Positions 51,147 through 64,000 of a DNA stretch of 64,000 nt are shown here, piece after piece. The position numbers and the translations under genes were made by a program. The stretch is taken from contig NW_027141290.1 of the NCBI RefSeq assembly GCF_036365525.1, forward strand, positions 570,062-634,061, in the 5' to 3' direction. The notes below the pieces were generated by a model. It searched no databases. It was not told the DNA's origin and worked only from the letters and a program-made list of their open reading frames with translations. Numbering within the stretch: the first letter of the stretch is position 1; each line of letters begins with the position of its first letter. The stretch comes from Heterodontus francisci (Eukaryota).

Positions 51147-53022
51147 ATCTGCAGTACTGCAGACCAATGATCAGACAGCACTGGGAATATGCAGTACTGT
51201 AGACTAATGATCAGACAGCACCGGGAATCTGCAGTACTGTAGACTAATGATCAGACAGCACCGGGAATCTGCAGTACTGTAGACTAATGATCAGACAGCA
51301 CCGGGAATCTGCAGTACTGTAGACTAATGATCAGACAGCACCGGGAATCTGCAGTACTGTAGACTAATGATCAGACAGCACTGGGAATCTGCAGTACTGT
51401 CGACTAATGATCAGACAGCACCGGGAATCTGCAGTACTGTAGACTAATGATCAGACAGCACTGGGAATCTGCAGTACTGTCGACTAATGATCAGACAGCA
51501 CCGGGAATCTGCAGTACTGTAGACTAATGATCAGACAGCACTGGGAATCTGCAGTACTGTAGACTAATGATCAGACAGCACTGGGAATCTGCAGCACTGT
51601 AAACTAATGATCAGGCAGCACCGGGAATCTGCAGTACTGTAGACTAATGATCAGACAGCACCGGGAATCTGCAGTACTGTAGACTAGTGATCAGACAGCA
51701 CCGGGAATCTGCAGTACTGTAGACTAATGATCAGACAGTACCGGGAATCTGCAGTACTGTAGACTAATGATCAGACAGCACCGGGAATCTGCAGAACTGT
51801 AGACTAATGATCAGACAGCACCGGGAATCTGCAGTACTGTAGACTAGTGATCAGACAGCACCGGGATTCTGCAGTACTGTAGACTAATGATCAGACAGCA
51901 CCAGGAATCTGCAGTACTGTAGACTAGTGATCAGACAGCACCGGGAATCTGCAGTACTGTAGACTAGTGATCAGACAGCACCGGGATTCTGCAGTACTGT
52001 AGACTAGTGATCAGACAGCACCGGGAATCTGCAGTACTGTAGACTAGTGATCAGACAGCACCGGGAATCTGCAGTACTGTAGACTAGTGATCAGACAGCA
52101 CCGGGATTCTGCAGTACTGTAGACTAGTGATCAGACAGCACCGGGAATCTGCAGTACTGTAGACTAGTGATCAGACAGCACCGGGATTCTGCAGTACTGT
52201 AGACTAGTGATCAGACAGCACCAGGAATCTGCAGTACTGTAGACTAGTGATCAGACAGCACCGGGAAGCTGCAGTACTGTAGACTAGTGATCAGACAGCA
52301 CCGGGATTCTGCAGTACTGTAGACTAGTGATCAGACAGCACCGGGAATCTGCAGTACTGTAGACTAGTGATCAGACAGCACCGGGAATCTGCAGTACTGT
52401 AGACTAGTGATCAGACAGCACCGGGATTCTGCAGTACTGTAGACTAGTGATCAGACAGCACCGGGAATCTGCAGTACTGTAGACTAGTGATCAGACAGCA
52501 CCGGGATTCTGCAGTACTGTAGACTAGTGATCAGACAGCACCAGGAATCTGCAGTACTGTAGACTAGTGATCAGACAGCACCGGGAAGCTGCAGTACTGT
52601 AGACTAGTGATCAGACAGCACCGGGATTCTGCAGTACTGTAGACTAGTGATCAGACAGCACCGGGAATCTGCAGTACTGTAGACTAGTGATCAGACAGCA
52701 CCGGGATTCTGCAGTACTGTAGACTAGTGATCAGACAGCACCAGGAATCTGCAGTACTGTAGACTAGTGATCAGACAGCACCGGGAATCTGCAGTACTGT
52801 AGACTAGTGATCAGACAGCACCGGGATTCTGCAGTACTGTAGACTAGTGATCAGACAGCACCGGGATTCTGCAGTACTGTAGACTAGTGATCAGACAGCA
52901 CCGGGAATCTGCAGTACTGTAGACTAATGATCAGACAGCACCGGGAATCTGCAGTACTGTAGACTAGTGATCAGACAGCACCGGGATTCTGCAGTACTGT
53001 AGACTAATGATCAGACAGCACC
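51147..53022. repeat. 40-bp minisatellite, ~47 copies
   Basis: Unit GCAGTACTGTAGACTA(A/G)TGATCAGACAGCACCGGGA(A/T)TCT. Confidence 0.98.
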
Positions 53023-53771
53023 TCTTTACCCTCTCTCGTGCAGTTATATCATTTCTGTAATGAGGTGACCAGAACTGTACACAGTTTCAGGTATGTGAGG
53101 GTACGGTTCAATCTCTATCTTTCTGTATCCAGGATGTGTCCCTCTTGTGAGATTGATATAGTGTCTTTCAATCTGATCGTGGATGTGCTTTTGAATTGAG
53201 ATTGATGTACCTAACTTGCAGCAGTACAGAATTGGAATGCATTGGACACAATGTCTGTCTCTTCTGCTTTGTTTGACTGCTGGATTGAAAATGTGTCTCT
53301 GAACTTGGGATCAGTGAGAGTTTGACTACTTCTGCTCCATGTGACTCTGGAATTAACTGATGGCCTCTAGGAGTGATAGCATACCAACTCTGTGTTGCAA
53401 GGAGCTGACTGCGCATTTCCTTGTACCTGGGAATCATCACATTCATTCTGTTCCCTTGAAGTATTTGCCTACAGAAAGGAAGAACAACATATCTTGGAAC
53501 TGAAGATCAGTTGAGGTGGAAGCTAGAAAAGAGATTCATGTAACATTTCAATCCATAATCATTATTACTAACCGCAAATACTCACCAGAAATACAAAGAA
53601 TGTCAGTGTCTGATTTCACTGCAGATCTCAGCATCTGCTGACCAGGTGTTTTGGCCGATTTACAACAATTTAGTGACATCCAGAAACAAGGCAACATCTG
53701 CACTGCTCCAAGATTGGGATAACCTGAGGGATGTTTGTACAGATCAGGTTTCTATTTCCATCTGACATTAT

Positions 53772-54085
53772 AACATAAGAACCTAAGAAGTAGGAGCAGG
53801 AGTAGGCCATTCAGCCTCTCGAGTCTGATCCGCCATTCAATGAGATCATGGCTGATCTGATCCTGGATTCAGCTCCATTATCCTGCCTGCTCCCCGAACA
53901 AATTACTCCCATGGAGATCAAAAGTTTAACTCATCCTTGAATATATTTAACAACCCAGCCTCCAGTGCTCTCTGAGGTAGAGAATTCCAAAGATGACTGA
54001 CGCTTTGAGAGAAGAAATTCCTCCTTACCACCGTCTAAAATGGGAGACTCCTTATTCTGAAACTGTGCAGCCTGGATCTTGATTC
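53772..54085 (-). mobile_element. CR1 3' end fragment
   Basis: CATAAGAA-type tail and 3' UTR, WNSLP remnant. Confidence 0.7.
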
Positions 54086-56762
54086 AACTATTCACTGTAC
54101 ACTCACAGTAAACAGCGTGAAACAGGAGTTAAACCACGAACATGCATCACAGAACTGAGGCGAGAAACAGCAAAGATTTTCAACAGCAGCTTATTCACGT
54201 TCTGTCTCACTTACCCAGTGCACAAACACAGGCCGAGAAAGGCCTCTCCATTCCGCCGCTCACTCCATGTTGCGGGATCAGTTCATCCTCCACATTGCCT
54301 CTCACAAACAGCCCGCGACTCCCCCTGAACTTGCTCCGGAGTCAATGGCCATCTCTGATCCAGACTGCGGACAGGGTCCCAAAGCAATGTGCTGCTGGAA
54401 GCAGATTGCTGTTGCTGCCTTACCCCGAGGCCGTAATATCTCCATTCCCTCTGTTAAAAACTAACTCTTTCCGCTCACTGAGTAAATGGCATTCAACGGA
54501 TTTGCTGGCGGAGGGGAGCGCGCATTGCGCTCGTTCGCTCATTCACAATCACTGGTGGGGGCGGTGCTGTACCGCGCATGCGCCTCATTCGGCAATGGTT
54601 TGAAAAACAAAAAACAATCGGAACTTTCTCCAGTTCAGTTTTATCTGATTTTGAGCAATGGAACCGGGACTGTGGGCAAGATTAGAGAAGGTTTCCAGCT
54701 GGGAGATTACCCTTTTACCACGCTCAACTTGAGATCATTCTCTGCAATATGTTTGTTGTTCATTCGCTCGAATTCTCAAAGTGATCCTCCGAGGGAGTCG
54801 ATGTGTTTGCAGGAATGGCGCAGGAGTCAATTTCTGACAGTTACAGTCACAGATCAATTTAATCAGATTGAAACTGTCTGTCACTGAGAGTCAGAGCGAA
54901 GGGTTTGAGCTGAAAGATTACAGAGAGTTCAACAGGGCAGAGATAGTTACACTTGGGACATTGTATGCCTCACTCTCTGACACTTTCCCGGACTGTGAGA
55001 TTAATAATGTGTCCTCCTCTGTCACCATATCAGTGAGAGATGAGATTGTAACGTCTGTTTCCCCAGGCGTATCTTTCAAGATAAAAACGAATCTTACATT
55101 TCAGTCGACAGCTCAATAATTACAGGCGACTCAGTCTAACCTCAGTAGTGGGAAAATTATTGAAATCTATTCTGAGAGTAAAGATAAACTGTCACTTAGA
55201 AAGGCACATACAAACTGAATTGAATTTTAAAAAGGATCATAGATGAGGGTAGTGCAGTTGATGGATTCTACATGAATTTTAGCTTTTGACAAGGTCCCAA
55301 AATATAGAATCTTTAAAAAATAAAATCTCTTGGGATCCAGGGAAATGCAGCAAGGTGGATGCAAAACTGGCTCAGTGGCAGGAATTGTTGAAGGCTGCTT
55401 TTGAGACTTGGAGGGCTGTTTCCAGTGGTTTTCCCCAGGGCTCAGTAATGGGTCCCCTGTTTTGTTGATGATCTATACAAACAATTTGGACATAAATGTT
55501 GAGGGACACGATCAAGACGTTTGCAGACGACACCAATATTGGCCGTGAAGTTGATAGCGAGGAGGATTGCTGTGGACCGGAGGAAGATGTTTGTGCTAGG
55601 GTCAGAAGGGCAGAAAAGTGGCAAATAGAATTCAATCCGGAGAAGTGTGACGTGATGCCCTTGGGGAGGTCAAACAATGTAAAGGAATACACGATTAATG
55701 GGAAAATACTGAGAGGAGCAGAGGAGGTGAGGGACCTTCTGGTAAATGTCCACGGATCCCTGAAGGTAACAGAGTAGGGCGGTAATATGGTTAAGAAGAC
55801 ATATGGAATCCTTTCCTTTATTGGCCGAGTTATAGAATATAAGAGGAGGAAGGGTATGCTGGAACTTTATCATCATTGGTTAGGCAAGAACTTGAGTTCT
55901 GTGTGCAGTTCTGGTCACGTCATTACAGAAAGGATGTAACTGCACTCGAGAGAGTACAGAGGAGATTTACGAGCATGTTGCCGGGACTGAAAAATGCAGC
56001 TCTGAGGAAAGATTGAATAGACTGTGGTTGTTCTCCTTGGAACAGAGAAGGCTGACGGGAGATCTGATTGAAATGTATAAAATGCTGAAGGGCCTGGATA
56101 GAGTGGAGCTGAAGGGTCTATTTACCTCAGCATTGAGATCAAAACCTGTCCTGGGAACTCTACATTTTTCGAACAGTTCGGCATGAGAATGTGTAGATGT
56201 GAATATTGTGTAAGAGAGAGTGTATTAAAGGGGCAGGCGGGTTAGTCTAATGTCACTGTGTTTGTGGGTCAGGACTCATCGCCGGATTTCCGAGTCCCCC
56301 TTGAGTCAAGTAACAAGATTTTCCAGTCAAAGAAGCACATTGCTCCCCTTCTCATTCCCAAAATGGGAATTCAGTGTAGTTTCTTTGTTGATTTCAAGAT
56401 TTCAGTCAAAATGTAGAGAACACGTCAGCTATCGGGGGAGAGAGCGCCATCAGTGCAGCAATAAAACGGTTTTCAGTCAAAAATGGAGTCTTTACTTCAA
56501 GTGCAAACCTTTCGACAGCAAGCATTCTGATGTCAGAGACAGGAAGGATCTAGTCTGGGACTCTGCAGTACCCGAATTTCAGTGGAATTGGAGAGTTTAG
56601 GGCCAGAGAGAAACACAGAGAGGCAGCAGGAGCCGGGAGCTGACAGCAGGTTGTCTCCGCCTCCGTCCGCTCACTGCCTTTAAGTTGCTCAGTGCCGCCA
56701 CCACCGGCTTCATTTCTGACCCAGTTCCTACTGACAGAGAGAATTTGTGCAGAGTCCTGGAC

Positions 56763-57545
56763 ATGACCGATACAGCAGCCGGCGAAACGGCTCCTCCAGC
56801 CGCCTCCGCTCAAGTCAAGACACCCAAGAAGAAGAAAGCGGCTCCCCGGAACAATTCAGCCGGTCCCACGTTGAGCGAGAAGATCCTCAAGATTGTGGCG
56901 TATTGCTCCGATCACAGCGGGACCTCACTGCCCTCCATAAAGAAGGCTCTGGGTAGGAGCGGTGTGGATGTGGGTAAGTTCAGGACCCAAATCAAGCAAA
57001 GTATCAGGAGGAATGTGAACAAAGGCTCCCTGGTGCAGAACAGCGGTACGGGCGCCTCCGGCTCCTTGAGAATCCCTAAGCAGGGAACCAAGGGAAATGT
57101 GGGAAAGAAAGTGAAGTCAGGAGCAGCCAAAAAACCTTCAGTGAAGAAAATAGCTGGCAAGAAAGTGACAGCAAAGAAATCAGCAGCCAAGAAATTACCA
57201 GTCAAGAAACTAGCAGCCAAGAAATCGGCAGCGAAGAAAGCAGCAGGCAAGAAAGTGGCCAGCAAGAAGGCGGCAACGCCAAAGAAATCCCCAGCGAAGA
57301 AAGCAGCGCTTCCGAAAAAGTCTCCTGTGAAGAAGGCCAAAAAACCAAGAGTGCCACGGGCGGAAAGGCACTCAAGAAAGTTCAATCATCAAGGGGCAAG
57401 ACCAAACCGAAAGCAGCAAAGGCTCAGAAAGCAGCCCCTGGAAAGAAGTGAAACTGCACGGGAAACTTGTAGACAACTGAACCCAAGGGCTCTTTTCAGA
57501 GCCACCCACATCTCTCAGGAAAGAGCTGATGCCCCGATCAAATGA
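56763..57545 (+). pseudogene. H1: Histone H1 with late frameshift (unit D)
   Basis: ATG 56763; H1 box AAACACA 56611-56617; 1-nt loss at ~57345 shifts past the native TGA (57449-57451) so the ORF reads through the stem-loop at 57488-57503. Confidence 0.88.
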
Positions 57546-58245
57546 TCCCTCTCCCGCCGCCGTGTGCACATTTCACATAGAAATGATGGGAAGTAAATGC
57601 AGGATCCCTGGTGACTCACTGACATACACTACACTCAGCCCTTCCCCTACACTCTGTAACAAAACAGAGGGATGTCCCGGCCTCACTGTAACTGGGGATA
57701 TGTTCGGTACAGTTTCAGTTCATGCTCGTTTCACTAATTCAGAGTGAGAGGGTCTAACACAGGAATACTGGCGAGAAACCCCGAATCACAACTCAAACCC
57801 CAATACATGAGTTTCTCTAATTCAGCTGGGGTAAGGTGTTAGTAAACTGATCAATCCGTCTGGGAGGGGAGGTGTGTGGAAACGGGTTGACTTGTGATCG
57901 GAAGCACTGTACTTAGGCGGATATATGATCAACTTTTAATTGTTATAGATCCTTATCTAAAAGCTCCGGGTTTCTGTTATCATTGACTAGAAAGGCCGCG
58001 TCTGGAAGTTTTGTGCTGAGCTCTGCTGTTGAGCAATGTTTTTTTTTTGAATTGGCGGTTCGAGCAAGTGGGAGGCGGCGCTGGAGGATGAAAGACATTT
58101 CTCTGCTCTGTCTGTCACTCAGTTTCCACTCCGCCCCGCCTCTCACTCTCTGTCCCTTTTTCAGTCAGGTCCGGGCGGGCTGTATAAAAAAGGCAGCAGA
58201 AACAGCTCGTTTCTCATTCAGCAGTGATTTGACTGAAGAAGCGTC

Positions 58246-58603
<358 letters not shown>

Positions 58604-58942
58604 ACCCAAAGACTCACAGAGAGAGCAGTGACATTGGAATTGGAATTAATAAGATCAAGTTATCTGCATATTGTTTATCTTTATCAACAACGGCTTTTAT
58701 ACATCATTACAGTCTCTCATTAAACTTACATATCATAGAAATTTCACTGTCTTTTTTTGTTCATTGTTTATCAAACGCATCATGAATTAAACGGTTGCAT
58801 TTGATAATTTATACGTGAGGGTCTGAACTGCCGGCACGAAGCGGGATTTACTGCCGTTATAGTTAGTAATGACTGGCGCTTTATTCCCGCCAGAGACCAC
58901 TATTCAAACTGTGTTGTAAGACACAGAGGGGGATCTAGGACT

Positions 58943-59103
58943 TTAGAATTAGAATTAGAACATTACAGCGCAGTACAGGCCCTTCGGCCCTCGATGTTGC
59001 GCCGACCCGTGAAACCTAATTCTAATTCTAATCTAATCTACACCATCTGACATACACTATTCCATTTTCATCCATATGTCTATCCAATGACCACTTGACC
59101 AAT
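58943..59103 (-). mobile_element. Very short CR1 3' end insertion
   Basis: Same 3' UTR as the LINE at 4501-6058, (TTCTAA)n tail, GACT on both sides. Absent from unit A (~1655). Confidence 0.85.
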
Positions 59104-59375
59104 GACTAACAAATAAAGCTACAGGGAGTGAGATTTTATAATTGTTCCCGTTATATTAGGTGTCGTTTCATAAACAATCTTTGCCTTGTTTGCTAATCTG
59201 AGATTGGCGGGCTTTTTGAAATTGATTACATTTCAGTTTCAGTTGCAGTTCAACCAATCAGGGCCCAGCATTTCCCACCGCCCTTTTCCTTCCCAGAGCT
59301 GGTTTCAAACTTGTCTGATGGACGGGGCTGCATCCAATCACAACACTAGGGCGGTCCCTCTACTGTCTTAAATAG

Positions 59376-59843
<468 letters not shown>

Positions 59844-60440
59844 ACTCACCCTGCCTCGAACTGAGTTTGGCATTAAATAACACAACGGCTCTTTTAAGAG
59901 CCACCAAATCGGCAAAACAAAGAGCTGCGATCTCTGCAGCAGAGAAATGTGGGGGGGGCGAGCAGTTTAGGACTAACCAAAAGCTTTATTTGCCGATCAT
60001 TGTGTAAAAGCTTTCGTTTGTATATACGGTAGAATTGCTAAAATCCCTGACAAATATCACAAGAGGGAAGCCGCTAAATGCCCGAATCCAGTACGGAGAA
60101 GGCTGAGGGAAGATCTGATTGAAATGTACAACATTTTGGCGGGACTGGAGAGAGTGGAGGTGAAGAGTCTTAGCAGAGAGGTCATTGACAATGGGGCATA
60201 TGTTTAAAGTGATTGGTAGAAAAATTAGAGGGAAAACGAGGATTTTATTTTCACCCAGAGGGTGGTGGGGGTCTGCCACACACTGCCTGAAAGGGTAGTT
60301 GAGGCAGAGACCCCCAACCTATTGAAAAGGAATCTGGATATGCATCTCAAGTGCTGTAATCTGCAGGGCGATGGACTGAATGCTGGAAGGTGGGATTAGA
60401 ATAGGTGGGTCGTTTTTCGGCCGGCACCGACACGATGGGC

Positions 60441-60470
60441 TTCCCCACCGGTCTTCCCTCTTCCAGACAT
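60441..60470 (-). pseudogene. H2A: Histone H2A stub (first ~9 codons only, unit D)
   Basis: ATGTCTGGAAGAGGGAAGACCGGTGG fused to the CR1 fragment. The rest of the CDS and the stem-loop are deleted; the promoter is retained. Confidence 0.9.
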
Positions 60471-61403
60471 TTCCACAATCTGACAAACACTTTCAGGAAG
60501 ACTGCTGAGAAAAGCCCACAATAGTCCCATTTATACCTTCGGGAGGAATGGTGTCGGGGGCGCTGGTGATTGGTCACTCTGCACTGGGTGTCATTGCACT
60601 CTTCATTTGGCCAATCAGAGAGCTGCCAATCCGGAGACGCCAAGGAGATGAGGGCGGAAAATAACGGCGCGAAATTGTCAGACTGCAAACGATTTCTCAA
60701 ATTTGAAAAGCCCGCCAATATATTTGTAAAATACAGAGCGGTTTCAATATAGATCATCACATTTATAGGTAACTTGGTTTGACAGCAAATACTTTAAAAT
60801 CTTTTTCATATTGTATTATTCCACATGTGGTAACAATTTCCAGATTCACTTTCACATTCCGCCATCTATTCGGGTTTACACTCTATCCTTTTTGAAACAT
60901 TCTATAACCAGCGGACAGAAAGCCTCTTTCACAGCATTCTGTAACCATTTCAGCTCAATGTTCCTAATGATACCGCATCACTGACTATAGATTGATCCCC
61001 ATTGGTGAGAGACAACAGCGGAGTGTATAATCTTAGTGTCAGGTGTCAAAGAGTGAGACTGAGGGTTCCCACACCACCGGGGTTTCTAGATAATGTGCTG
61101 ATTACTTATTGAGGACAAACTTGATCTCGAGATATGAGTGACTGAGAAATGATGCCTGTGCGTGAAATCAGATTGTATTGTCGAAATGCAGCAGAGGGGC
61201 CGAATATGAACGCGTCCGTGAACAAAGCTCACAAATGGTCAGTAATTAATGATCGGGACATTATTAAGTAGAGACAGGAAGATCGCACGGGCAGTGAAAC
61301 TGTATTAACCAGAATCTGTGGGATTAAAACAGAGATCACAAAGGCAGTTAGAAAATACCTGCTAAAAATATCAAAACAAATTGATATTATAGAGATAATG
61401 TTG

Positions 61404-61520
61404 TAGCTTTTTGAGAGACGTTGTGGGTGGCTCTTAAAGTTCGGAACTCGCATTTTATACACATCCCCAGAGCTCCATGTTAATGAAGAATGGGGTGAAA
61501 ACCATGTTCGTGATTGGCTG
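61404..61520 (-). pseudogene. H2B ghost gene (unit D)
   Basis: Minus strand CCAAT...CTTCATTAACATG...TATAAAA-TGCGAGTTCCGAACT-TTAAGAGCCACCCA...AAAAAGCT. Confidence 0.75.
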
Positions 61521-61788
61521 GTTTACAATGAAGTCAATTCTTGAGATTCTGTATTTACCTGATTGGGTATCGAAAGTAACCAATCAAATTTAGTGCTCGG
61601 CGAAGCCACAATATTTCGCCGCAGTCAGCTCATCCATTGCTTTTGCCTGTCACCTATCCACCGATATCCCTGACTTCCTCACTCCCTCTGCTACTCTCTC
61701 TTCAACTGTTTCAGTTCTGTTGGCACCAGCCCGTCACCTTTTTCATTCTGCCCGGATCATTACTCCTCACTTCAGCTTACTCACAGAA

Positions 61789-61872
61789 GACAAGGTGGCC
61801 GAGTGATTAAAACGATGAACAGCTAATCTGTTGTGATCTGCATGCGTGTGTTTGAATTCCATACTCCTTGTT
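61789..61872 (+). pseudogene. tRNA-Ser(GCT) pseudogene (unit D)
   Basis: Copy of 6390-6473. Confidence 0.78.
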
Positions 61873-64000
61873 TCTTAATGTTTAAAATAAGAGCACGGGC
61901 TTCGTGTTCCATTCGAGTGCACTGTTTCTTTCTAAACAAGACATACGGATGTGTAAAATAAACACGGTGACGGGGTTGTAGTGGAGTATTGCATCCAGTT
62001 CTGGTTATTTGAGGGTACAGAGGAGATTTATCAGAATGTGTGAAGTAGAGATGGGTTTGTTCTCCATTGGATCAACAACATTGAAACAGTTGAAGAGACA
62101 GTAGTGGAGGGAGTCAGAATGTCAGGGATATTAGTGGATAGGTGACAGGCAAGATCAGTGGACGAGCTGACTGAAAGGAGATTTACAACAAGTGTGAAAC
62201 ATCATGACAAGTGAGACCAGGATAAACAGTTCCCATTAGCTCATTGTACAAGGACACAGTGACAGAAATTGAGGATTTTGGGCAGGAGAATTGGGGCGAA
62301 CACGGTGTGTGTGGTGATGATCTGGAACTCACTTCCCACAAGGGAGCTGGAAGTAGAGACAATCAATTATTCAAGAGATTATTGACACAGCATTTGAAGG
62401 AATTAAACTTGCAGAGCTACAGGGATCGAGCGGTGGAGTGAGTGTGACTGGATTGCACTGTGGAGAGCTGTCATGGACTCGATGGGCCAAATAGCCTCCT
62501 TCGGTGCTGTGAATAACTCTATGTTTACTATTAGTTTCTGACTGAAAACTGATCAGTTTAAAGGCTATTTTAAATCTATATTTATTCAAAAAATGATAAC
62601 TTTACGGGAGACGTACATGGATGATGAGAATCATTTTATAAATTGCATTGACTTGTTCTGTTTTAAAACTGTTTTTTTAATATTTTGTCTGTGTGCAGCT
62701 TGTACTCTGTCCCCATCAGTTCCTGGTCTGTGAGTGTGGGTTTACCTCTTTATCTTTCATTCTCTGTTATATAAGTGTGGGTCCAATCTTTACCCAGAGC
62801 GCTGTTTGTGAACTGAACTTTACCTATCTCCCTTTTTATGATTGTTCAACAAAGATCTGCACTCTTTTTGCTGACTGAGAACTCATTTATTAGTTTAAAG
62901 GACATGTCTTGTTTAACATAGATTTCATTCAAAGAAAATCGAAGCTCAGCATTGTGGGCGATGCACATGAATGATGAGAGTCTATTTGTAAGTTTTAATT
63001 TGGAAATCACATTGATAATTTTTAAGTTATAAAATGAAGCTGCATGAAGCCAGAATTGAGGTCTGCAGTTGAAGAGACAGTAGCAGAGGGATTCAGAAAG
63101 TCAGGGATATTGGTGGATAGGTGACATCAAGATCAATGGACGAGCTGACTGAGGGACATTTACAACAAGTGTGAAACATCATGACAAGTGAGACAAGGAA
63201 AAACAGTTCCCATTAGCTCATTGTACAAGGACATAGTGATAGAAATTGAGGATTTGGGGCAGGAGATGTCTGGCGAACACGGACTGAGTGGTGATGATCT
63301 GGAACTTACTTCCCATAAGGGAGCTGGAAGTAGAGACAATCAATTACTTCAAGAAATTATTGACACAGCTTTTGAAGGTATTAAACGTGCAGAGCTACAG
63401 GGATCGAGCGGTGAAGTGAGTGTGACTGGACTCACCGGACACACAAACACAGTGACAATAGAGCCCGTCCCAGAGTTCCAGCTCCCGGTTGTTAAATGTC
63501 CTCATGTACACAGTCTTTGCTGTGAATCTCTGGGGTTAGTTGCCGATTCCTTGCCCTGTATCCCTCAAACACTCGGAGCCAGGAGATCATCGCTCTCCCT
63601 TTTGAAAGATTTATTGACAGGAATTTTTCTAAACTTTGGCTGAGTCGATCATAACCTGCTGTTCAATCATAGTATTATTCAAAGAATTAATGAGACATTC
63701 TGTTCACTACTTGGGTCTTGAACCCGTTTTGAGCAGATCAACAAGTGAAAGGTTCAACATTTTTGCAGAGATAACAGACAGAGCTGGATAGAGGGACTCA
63801 GGGTTAATCCTGCACACACAGGACAGTAGGAGTGACAGTCACACAGGGACGGGAACTGATCTCGATTCCGTTGCCTACTCACCCAACAAGGACAGTTCGG
63901 GACTGACTAAACATCCAACTCACTATAATTCAGTGCCGGAGAAAGACAGAGGCTTGTCCACTCCATCTTTCCTTACTGTATCTGGGACATTATGTAAGGG

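Noticed and set aside
51147-53022. CRISPR-like array (palindromic ~40-bp repeats)
   Set aside because: Head-to-tail units with no unique spacers, no cas genes, and a vertebrate context. The same applies to 21142-21730.

Overview
Vertebrate genomic DNA, most likely from a cartilaginous fish (it carries HE1-type tRNA-derived SINEs with partner CR1/HER1-like LINEs). The window is a decaying replication-dependent histone cluster built from four copies of one unit, H1> H4> H3> <H2A <[H2B ghost], followed by tRNA-Ser and tRNA-Gly pseudogenes. The copies are A (1-8.6 kb, forward), B (28.3-38.5 kb, reverse), partial and older C (44.6-46.6 kb, reverse) and D (53.0-63.1 kb, forward). A/B and B/D form two large imperfect palindromes, and the right arm of each begins at the edge of a homogeneous 40-41 bp minisatellite. 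No H2B coding sequence is present: in three units an H2B-type promoter is fused directly to half a histone stem-loop. Every full-length histone copy carries lesions or substitutions at conserved residues. Other notable items are six Penelope-type repeats containing a minimal hammerhead ribozyme motif (one inside a 71-bp hairpin), a SINE-H3-SINE chimera that could be one Pol III transcript, a young CR1 with a long open ORF2, an LTR-like element and an unannotated spliced gene family with NRF1-type promoters. Alignments were made by eye, so boundaries of old repeats are approximate.
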